Below, piece by piece: positions 57,178-64,000 of a DNA stretch of 64,000 nucleotides. The translations under genes were made by a program, and so were the position numbers. Numbering within the stretch: the stretch's first letter is position 1; each line of letters begins with the position of its first letter. Location: assembly GCA_002503545.1 (NCBI GenBank), contig DARY01000027.1, forward strand, positions 4,165 through 68,164. Direction: 5' to 3'. This DNA comes from Candidatus Methanomethylophilus sp. UBA78. Lineage in GTDB: Archaea; Thermoplasmatota; Thermoplasmata; Methanomassiliicoccales; Methanomethylophilaceae. The notes under the pieces were generated by a model, which did no database searches, was not told where the DNA came from, and saw only the letters and a list, made by a program, of their open reading frames with translations.

Positions 57178-58034
57178 GCCTTCCTCAAAAGTCTGTCCGC
57201 GATCTCCTTGGCCTTCGCGTCGGCCTCCTCGACGGGGAACTCGGTCGCGATCCTCACCGCGGGCATGTCGGTGAAGGAGACCGCCACGAGCTTTATCATG
57301 CCGTCCACCAGCTCCGCGTTCACCCCTATGGGGGACGAGCAACCGGCGTTCATGTGCCTCAGTATGTCCCTCTCCAGTTTGACCTCGGTGCGGGTCTTGG
57401 CGTCGTCGACCTTCTTCAGGAGCTCTATGGTCCTGGTGTCGTCCGCCCTGCACTCGATGCCGATGGCGCCCTGTCCGGCGGCCGGGACGAAGACGTTCTT
57501 GTCGATCGGATGGACGTCCCTGTCTATACCCAGGCGGTCCAATCCGGCCTTGGCCATGATGATGGCGTGGTACTCGCCCTCGGCGAGCTTGCTGAGGCGG
57601 GTGTTCATGTTGCCGCGCAGGGTCTTCACCCTCAGGGATGGTTTGCTGGCTCTCAGCAGCATCTCCCTCCTGACGCTGGAGGTGCCGATTATGGCGCCGC
57701 ACTGCAGCTGTTCCAGGGAGGCCGGGATGATGGCGTCCCTCACGTCGGCCCTGGGGAGCACGGCCGCCACGACGAAACGGGGGTCCAGCTGGGCGGGTAT
57801 GTCCTTCAGGGAGTTGACGGAGCAGTCTATCTCGCCCCTGAGGAGCGCCTCCTCCAGCTCCTTCACGAAGACCCCGGCCCCGCCCATGTTGGCCAGGTGG
57901 GTCTGGAGGTCCTTGTCACCGGTGGAGGCTATGCCCCTGATCTCGCAGACCTCCCCCGTCTTCTTCTCGAGGAGCGCTTTGAACTCCTCGGCCTGTACCA
58001 TAGCCAGCTGGCTCTCTCTGCTTCCGGCGATCAT
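57174..58034 (-). CDS. hemC: hydroxymethylbilane synthase
   Basis: GSRESQLA, GVFVKELE, SLKDIP, GTSSVRR, RGNMNTRL, PAAGQGA, GCSSPIG. Confidence 0.95.
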   Translation of the reverse strand: MIAGSRESQLAMVQAEEFKALLEKKTGEVCEIRGIASTGDKDLQTHLANMGGAGVFVKELEEALLRGEIDCSVNSLKDIPAQLDPRFVVAAVLPRADVRDAIIPASLEQLQCGAIIGTSSVRREMLLRASKPSLRVKTLRGNMNTRLSKLAEGEYHAIIMAKAGLDRLGIDRDVHPIDKNVFVPAAGQGAIGIECRADDTRTIELLKKVDDAKTRTEVKLERDILRHMNAGCSSPIGVNAELVDGMIKLVAVSFTDMPAVRIATEFPVEEADAKAKEIADRLLRKA

Positions 58035-59305
58035 TTCCTCACCTGTCTCAGGAACCCTTCGAAGGTCTCCGCGATCTTGTCGCAGGCCTCCTCGTCGTGC
58101 GCCGCCGACATGAATTCCACCTCCATGGGTCCCGGAGGGAGGTAGACGCCGCGGTGCAGCATGTAGTCGAACATCTCGGCGAACATGTCCCTGTCCGCCT
58201 TCTGGGCCTCCAGCCCGTCGGTTACCTCGTCGACGCCGAAGAACACGGAGAACATGGACGCTACGGACTGTATGCATCCGCGGACCCCGCTGTCCGCGAG
58301 GGCGTCCCTCATGCGGGATACCAGGTCCTGGGTCTTCTTCTCGAGGCTCTCGTACCTGCCCTTCTCGGCCATGAGGTTTATGGTCTCGAGGCCGGCCGTG
58401 GCGGATATCGGGTTGCCCGCGAAGGTGCCGGCCGCGTAGACCGGTCCGTTGGGGGCGACCATCTCCATGATGTCCCTCCTCCCCATGAACGCCCCCGCCG
58501 GGTAGCCTCCGCCGATGATCTTGCCCATGGTAGTCAGGTCGGGGGTGACGCCGTAGCGTCCCTGCGCGCTCTTCGCGGAGAGCCTGAACCCGGTGATGAC
58601 CTCGTCGAAGATCAGCAGCACGCCGTGCTCCCTGGTTATCTTCCTCATCTCCTCCAGGTAGCCCTTTTTAGGGGTGACCACGCCGACGTTGCCCATGACG
58701 GGCTCCATGATGATCCCCGCGATGTCCTCGTTCCCGTCGAGGAGCGACTCGAACATCCCCGCGTCGTTGTACTCGACGACGTAGGTGTTCCTCGCATCGT
58801 CCGGGGGGACGCCGAGGGAGCTAGGGGTACAGCCGACCGAGCCCGACCCGGCGGCCACGAGGACGGTGTTGTGGGCGCCGTGGAAGCCGCCGTTCAGTTT
58901 GACGATGCCGTTCTTCCCGGTGTATCCCCTGGCGAGCCTTATCGCATGCATGGTCGCCTCGGTGCCGGAGACGGTCATCCTGCACATCTCCGCCGAGGGG
59001 ACCGTCGAGACGATCTTCTCGATGAGCATGGTCTCCGGGTGGGACGGGGCGCCGAAGACGGAGCCGTTCCTGGTCTGGTCCCTGACCGCCTTGTTCACGC
59101 GGGGACAGGCGTGCCCCGCTATGAGCGGACCGTAGGCCATGCAGAGGTCGACGTACTCGTTGCCGTCGATGTCGGTTATCCTGCACCCCTCCCCGCTGTC
59201 GATCACGATGGGGAACGGCTTGAAGGCCCTGACGGGGGAGGACACCCCTCCGGGGGTGATCTCCCTGAGACGTCCGGCCTCCGATTCGGAGTTGGAGAGC
59301 CTCAG
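58031..59305 (-). CDS. hemL: glutamate-1-semialdehyde 2,1-aminomutase (probable CTG start)
   Basis: ITPGGVSSPVRAF, SGTEATM, FDEVITGFR, GKIIGGG.P; the frame is closed upstream by TGA at 59318-59320. Confidence 0.92.
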   Translation of the reverse strand: MRLSNSESEAGRLREITPGGVSSPVRAFKPFPIVIDSGEGCRITDIDGNEYVDLCMAYGPLIAGHACPRVNKAVRDQTRNGSVFGAPSHPETMLIEKIVSTVPSAEMCRMTVSGTEATMHAIRLARGYTGKNGIVKLNGGFHGAHNTVLVAAGSGSVGCTPSSLGVPPDDARNTYVVEYNDAGMFESLLDGNEDIAGIIMEPVMGNVGVVTPKKGYLEEMRKITREHGVLLIFDEVITGFRLSAKSAQGRYGVTPDLTTMGKIIGGGYPAGAFMGRRDIMEMVAPNGPVYAAGTFAGNPISATAGLETINLMAEKGRYESLEKKTQDLVSRMRDALADSGVRGCIQSVASMFSVFFGVDEVTDGLEAQKADRDMFAEMFDYMLHRGVYLPPGPMEVEFMSAAHDEEACDKIAETFEGFLRQVRK

Positions 59306-59306
59306 C

Positions 59307-60314
59307 TCACTCCCCCCTCAGCATTCTGGCCGCATCCTTCGCGAAGTAGGTTATGATCATGTCCGCCCCGGCCCTCTTTATGCCGACGAGGGACTCCATC
59401 ATTATCCTCCCCTCGTCGATCCATCCGTTCGCCGCGGCCGCCTTGATCATGGCGTACTCGCCGGAGACCTGGTAGGCGCACAGGGGCACGGGGAAGGCGT
59501 CGGCCGTCTCCCTGATGATGTCGAGGTAGGGGCCCGCCGGTTTGACCATGACGATGTCCGCGCCCTCGTCGAGGTCCGTGGCGGTCTCCCTCAGGGCCTC
59601 GCGCCTGTTGGCCGGGTCCATCTGGTAGGTGGCCCGGTCCTTCCTCGCCCCGCATCCGCAGGCGGGGGCGGAGCAGGCGATGTCCCTGAACGGCCCGTAG
59701 TAGGCGCTCTGGTACTTGGCGGAGTAGGCCATGATGGGAACGTCATCGAAGCCCTCGGCGTCGAGGGCGGTCCTTATCGCGTCGATCTGCCCGTCCATCA
59801 TCCCGCTGGGCGCGACGATGTCGGCCCCCGCCCTGGCCTGGGAGACCGCGATCCTGCCGTAGAGCTCGATGGTCGCGTCGTTATCCACGTCGCCGTCCTC
59901 CCTCAGCACCCCGCAGTGCCCGTGGTCGGTGTACTCGCACATGCACAGGTCGGTTATGACGAGGAGCTCCCTGCCGTCCAGGGCCCCCTTGAGCCCCCTC
60001 GTCGCCTGCTGGACGACGCCGTCGTCGGAGTAGGCGTCGGAGCCGACCGCGTCCTTTTTCTTCGGGACCCCGAAGACGATGACGGAGGAGACCCCGCTCC
60101 CCAGGATGTCGTCCACTATGGAGCCGTAGCCGGAGAGCGGATAGGTGGGGACGCCGGGCATGGAGCCGGTGTACTTCACCTCGTCGATGTTGGCATCGAA
60201 GAACACGGGGAGTATGAGGTCCGAGGGGTCCAGATGGGTCTCGCGTACCAGCGACCTCATGCCAGGTGTCTGTCTAAGTCTTCTCCCTCTGTTTATAGGA
60301 AACATATCATTCAC
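59307..60314 (-). CDS. hemB: porphobilinogen synthase
   Basis: RGRRLR, DLCMCEYTDHGHCG, APSGMMDG, YGPFRD, MVKPA, AYQVSGEY. Confidence 0.96.
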   Translation of the reverse strand: MNDMFPINRGRRLRQTPGMRSLVRETHLDPSDLILPVFFDANIDEVKYTGSMPGVPTYPLSGYGSIVDDILGSGVSSVIVFGVPKKKDAVGSDAYSDDGVVQQATRGLKGALDGRELLVITDLCMCEYTDHGHCGVLREDGDVDNDATIELYGRIAVSQARAGADIVAPSGMMDGQIDAIRTALDAEGFDDVPIMAYSAKYQSAYYGPFRDIACSAPACGCGARKDRATYQMDPANRREALRETATDLDEGADIVMVKPAGPYLDIIRETADAFPVPLCAYQVSGEYAMIKAAAANGWIDEGRIMMESLVGIKRAGADMIITYFAKDAARMLRGE

Positions 60315-61576
60315 TCCTTCTCGTTACATTGCTCTCCGTTCAGTCCGAACAGCCTCGTCGCCGCCTCCACGATGTCGGAATCACCGTCGAGGGCGGCCCT
60401 GCGGAGGTTCTTTATGAACTCCGCGCTTATCATCTTGACTATCGCATGCGACATGTCGTCTATGACCTTCGAGGGGTCGTCCCCGTTGCCCAGATGGGAC
60501 TTGGCCAGGGCCGCCTCGTCGTTCCTTATCCTCTCGCACATGATGCTGAACTCGCGGATGGTGACGTTGGCCTCCCGGACCTTGCGCTCGTCCTCGATCT
60601 TCTGCATCTCCTGCTTTATGATGGCCTCGGCCGCGCTGATCTCCTTCTTCCTCTTGGCCACGTTCTCCGCGGCTATCGCATCGAGGGAGGCCATGGTGTG
60701 GAGCCTCACGTTGGGGACCTCGGTGACGTCCTTCGAGATGTTGGTGGGGACGGACACGTCGATCATCAGGAGGGGCCTGTCCGGCCTGCCGGCCATGGCC
60801 CTCGCCACATTCTCCTTCGAGACGACGTCGTGCTTGGCGGAGGTGGCCACGAGTACGAGGTCGCTCCTGGCCATCATGCCCTCCAGACGGTCGAGGGTGA
60901 CGGCGGTCCCGCCCAGCTCCCTGGCCAGCTCCTGGGCCCTCTCGAAGGTCCTGTTGGACACGAATACGGTCTCGGGGCCCTTGCCGACGAGGTTCTTGGC
61001 GATCACCCCCGCCATGTCGCCCGCACCGATGATGGCTATGTTCTTGCCGTCCAGGGACCCGATCTCCTTCTCGGCGAGCTCGATGGCGGCGTACCCGACG
61101 GAGACGGCGCCCTTGTTTAGGTCGGTCTCCGTCCTGACCCTCTTCCCGACCACGATGGCGTTGTTAAAGAGGGCGTAGAGGGATTTGCCGACATGCCCCT
61201 CCTCGCGCGCCTTCATGAAGGCGTCGCGGGTCTGATGCTGTATCTGGTCCTCGCCCACGATGAGGGAGTCGATGCCGCAGACCACGGTGAAGAGGTGCTT
61301 GATGCATTCGTCGTCCTGCAGGATGTACCAGAACTCCCTGTCCGAGTAGCGGATGGTCTTCTTCACGGTGCTCTCCATGAGCAGGCGCACGCTGTGGTTG
61401 TCGTCGGTGGCCACGTAGGCCTCCAGACGGTTGCAGGTGCGTATGATGACGTACTCGTTGACGTGTTTGGATCCGGCCAGCGCCTTCCCTACGGATTCCT
61501 CGATGCCGGGGATTATGTCATTGAGGCATTCCATGCCTCCGGCCGACGAATGGGTTATGTGCAAACTTACCAACAT
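60311..61576 (-). CDS. hemA: glutamyl-tRNA reductase (start may be 61603)
   Basis: TCNRLE, GIDSLIVGEDQI, VRTET, IGAGDM, NRTFERA. Confidence 0.95.
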   Translation of the reverse strand: MLVSLHITHSSAGGMECLNDIIPGIEESVGKALAGSKHVNEYVIIRTCNRLEAYVATDDNHSVRLLMESTVKKTIRYSDREFWYILQDDECIKHLFTVVCGIDSLIVGEDQIQHQTRDAFMKAREEGHVGKSLYALFNNAIVVGKRVRTETDLNKGAVSVGYAAIELAEKEIGSLDGKNIAIIGAGDMAGVIAKNLVGKGPETVFVSNRTFERAQELARELGGTAVTLDRLEGMMARSDLVLVATSAKHDVVSKENVARAMAGRPDRPLLMIDVSVPTNISKDVTEVPNVRLHTMASLDAIAAENVAKRKKEISAAEAIIKQEMQKIEDERKVREANVTIREFSIMCERIRNDEAALAKSHLGNGDDPSKVIDDMSHAIVKMISAEFIKNLRRAALDGDSDIVEAATRLFGLNGEQCNEKE

Positions 61577-61606
61577 GAGGGGCCCCACATACCGGACAAT
61601 CATCCA

Positions 61607-61635
61607 GTGTTACGATTATGTTCTTACAGTATTAT
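61607..61635. promoter_or_regulatory. candidate operator GTGTTAC-N15-GTATTAT upstream of the hem operon
   Basis: Matches the motif at 1448-1476 (GTGTTACGAT.ATG-N9-TATTA). Confidence 0.5.
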
Positions 61636-61874
61636 GCCGGCCTATATATCCTGTTCGTCTGCCGGGGGCCCCCGGTCCGGGGGGCATCCGGACCCCCCGC
61701 CGCGCCGGGCAGATGGAATCATCATCCAATTTCCAATGTGCCAGATTTACAGAACCCTCGTTCCCGGAGCGTTCTCTCCGTACGGCATTGCGTATTGCCG
61801 GGGGTCGGACCGCGTGTCTCGGCGGTCCCCGGGGGATGCAATCAATTTAATACTTCGCGACCGTCAGTGGTTCC

Positions 61875-63116
61875 ATGATACAGTGTCCCCGCGGAACGAG
61901 GGATTTTCTGCCCGACGAGCTTGAGAAGAGAAGGTCATACGAGGGTATCCTCAGAGGGGTGGCCCACAGGTTCGGATTCAGGGAGATCGAGACCCCCATC
62001 TTCGAGGACGCGGAGCTCTTCATCCTGAGGTCCGGCCCCGGGGTCCTGAAGGAGCTCTACAACTTCAAGGACAAGGGGGACAGGGACATCGCCCTGCGCC
62101 CGGAGATGACGGCCCCCGTGATAAGGGCGTTCGTCAACGGCATGGGCAGCTACCCCAAGCCGATCAAGGTATTCTACTTCGGCCAGTGCTTCAGGTACGA
62201 GAGGCCCCAGGCGGGCAGGTACAGGGAGTTCTTCCAGTTCGGGGCGGAGATAATCGGCTCGGCCACCCCCGAGACGGATGCGGAGGCCATAGCCATGGCG
62301 GCGTCCATGATCAAGTCGCTGGGTCTTAAGGAGTACAAGATCCGCATAGGCCACATAGGCGTCCTCAGGCAGAGGATCGCCGACATCGGCGTGCCCGCGG
62401 AGAGGACCGCCGAGGTCCTGCAGAAGCTCGACAAGAAGCTGTACGACGAGGCCAGACCCATCCTGAGGGACATCGGGGTCGCCGACGCCGACGCGGAGGC
62501 GCTCTTCGACCTCACCGAGACCGTCGGCGGGACCGAGGTCCTCGACAAGGTCCCCGGGGAAGCTGGCACATATCTCAGGGAGCTCGTCGGCATACTCGGT
62601 TCGATGGGCGTGGAGGACCTCGAAATCGACCTCGGCGTCGTCAGAGGTCTCGATTACTACACCGGCATGGTCTTCGAGGCCGAGGCGCCCGTCCTCGGCG
62701 CCGAGAAGCAGATCTGCGGCGGCGGCTCCTACACCCTCTCCGAGCTCTTCGGCGGAGAGAAGGTCTTCTCCACCGGCTTCGCCATCGGTTTCGACAGGAT
62801 CCTCCTCGCCATGGAGAAGGAGGGCATCGAGTACGAGCAGGAGGGCATCGACGCCTACGTCATCCCCGTCTCCGACGACGTGAGGCGCGACGCCGCCGTC
62901 ATCGTTTCCCGTCTCCGCGGGAGCGGCAGGAGCGCCGACATCGACATCATGGGCAGGAAGATGGCCAAGGCCCTGAAGTACGCGGACTCCATACGTGCCA
63001 GATACGCCGTCATCGTCGGAAGGAAGGAACTCGACGGCGGCTGCGTCACCCTCAGGGACATGAAGACCGGGGAGCAGAGGGAGGTCCCGGCCGACGACAT
63101 CTTCCGCGGTGTCTGA
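61875..63116 (+). CDS. hisS: histidyl-tRNA synthetase
   Basis: PRGTRDF, LRPEMT, FRYERPQAGRYREF.Q, VRGLDYYTG, GFAIGFDR. Confidence 0.96.
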   Translation: MIQCPRGTRDFLPDELEKRRSYEGILRGVAHRFGFREIETPIFEDAELFILRSGPGVLKELYNFKDKGDRDIALRPEMTAPVIRAFVNGMGSYPKPIKVFYFGQCFRYERPQAGRYREFFQFGAEIIGSATPETDAEAIAMAASMIKSLGLKEYKIRIGHIGVLRQRIADIGVPAERTAEVLQKLDKKLYDEARPILRDIGVADADAEALFDLTETVGGTEVLDKVPGEAGTYLRELVGILGSMGVEDLEIDLGVVRGLDYYTGMVFEAEAPVLGAEKQICGGGSYTLSELFGGEKVFSTGFAIGFDRILLAMEKEGIEYEQEGIDAYVIPVSDDVRRDAAVIVSRLRGSGRSADIDIMGRKMAKALKYADSIRARYAVIVGRKELDGGCVTLRDMKTGEQREVPADDIFRGV

Positions 63117-63242
63117 GCCGGCCGTCCCGTCCCCGGCAGTGGGTCCCGTACCTGCACACATCCCTCCCGTGCAATAGTAATATAAGCGAAGGGAGGATAG
63201 GCTCCCCCAACGCCTGTTGTATGGGCGGGAAGGGAAAACCCA

Positions 63243-64000
63243 ATGAAAGCATTATTCAGCGACGGAAGCGTAAGAGAGGAAGAGGACGCCCTCCATGTTC
63301 TGAGGCATACCACCTCCCACGTCCTTGCGCAGGCCGTGAAGAGACTGTACCCGGAGACGAAACTCGCCATCGGCCCCGCGATAGCCGACGGATTCTACTA
63401 CGATGTCGACAGGGAGGGCGGTTTCACCGACGCCGACCTGGAGAAGATCGAGGAGGAGATGAGGAAGATCGTGAAGGAGAACCTCAAGGTCGAGACCTTC
63501 ACCCTCCCCCGTGCCGAAGCCATCAAGCTGATGGAGGAGAAGAAGGAGGACTACAAGGTACAGCTGATAAAGGACCTCCCGGAGGACGCCGCCATCAGTT
63601 TCTACAAGCAGGGGGAGTTCACCGACCTCTGCGCCGGCCCGCACGTGCTCTACACCAAGCAGTGCAAGGCCTTCAAGCTCACCTCCCTGGCCGGAGCCTA
63701 CTGGAGGGGGGACGAGCACAACAAGATGCTCACCCGCATATACGGGACCGTCTTCGAGAACAAGGAGGACCTCGACAAGTACCTCGCCATGCTCGAGGAG
63801 GCCAAGAAGAGGGACCACAGGAGGCTCGGCAAGGAGCTGGGTATATTCATGTTCTCGGAGGAGGGCCCCGGATTCCCGTTCTTCCTGCCCAACGGGATGA
63901 CCCTCAAGAACACCCTCCTCAACTACTGGAGGGGGATCCACTTCCCCGAGGGGTACAAGGAGATATCCACCCCCCTGATACTCAACAAGCACCTGTGGGA
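63243..64000 (+). CDS. thrS: bacterial-type threonyl-tRNA synthetase, truncated by window edge
   Basis: Manual translation: LRHTTSHVLAQAV, IGPAIADGFYYD, DLCAGPH, AGAYWRGD, RIYGT, KRDHRRLG. Confidence 0.93.
   Translation, partial: MKALFSDGSVREEEDALHVLRHTTSHVLAQAVKRLYPETKLAIGPAIADGFYYDVDREGGFTDADLEKIEEEMRKIVKENLKVETFTLPRAEAIKLMEEKKEDYKVQLIKDLPEDAAISFYKQGEFTDLCAGPHVLYTKQCKAFKLTSLAGAYWRGDEHNKMLTRIYGTVFENKEDLDKYLAMLEEAKKRDHRRLGKELGIFMFSEEGPGFPFFLPNGMTLKNTLLNYWRGIHFPEGYKEISTPLILNKHLW

Noticed and set aside
61662-61700. GC-rich palindromes between hemA and hisS
   Set aside because: Short G/C-run palindromes are expected by chance at this composition; no second copy found
63117-63242. T-box leader upstream of thrS
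   Set aside because: Too short and no T-box consensus (AAGGTGGxACC-like) visible

Overview
High-GC archaeal chromosomal segment, most consistent with a Methanomassiliicoccales (Thermoplasmata) methanogen, probably host-associated. The basis is an F430 cfb operon, topoisomerase VI, class I LysRS, Sec61beta, many Sel1-repeat genes, and no TAG stop among the roughly 55 genes I could call. The backbone is rich in tetrapyrrole and metal genes: cfbC-chelatase x2-cfbE-cfbD-cfbB, sirC, cbiD-G-J/E/T-A, hemA-B-L-C-cobA-hemD, a FecCD-type ABC importer, and a ZIP transporter with a divergent NikR-family regulator. It also carries tRNA-Glu, tRNA-Ser and housekeeping genes. The most notable element is a ~7.2 kb AT-rich island (~13735-20975) with five co-oriented genes: a radical-SAM enzyme fused to a probable DNA-binding domain, a PLD-nuclease/SF2 helicase, a 48-aa protein missed by the ORF track, a DndD-like SMC/ABC ATPase with a CxC motif, and a DndE-like protein. 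This is a candidate radical-SAM-based DNA modification/restriction defence system. Other signals: twin TTATTAA-N15-TTAATAA palindromes between ZIP and the NikR-like gene, a 29-bp motif shared by the cfb and hem promoters, two probable CTG starts, and a cbiA lacking its stop codon. All family assignments come from motif recognition by eye; no database searches were run.
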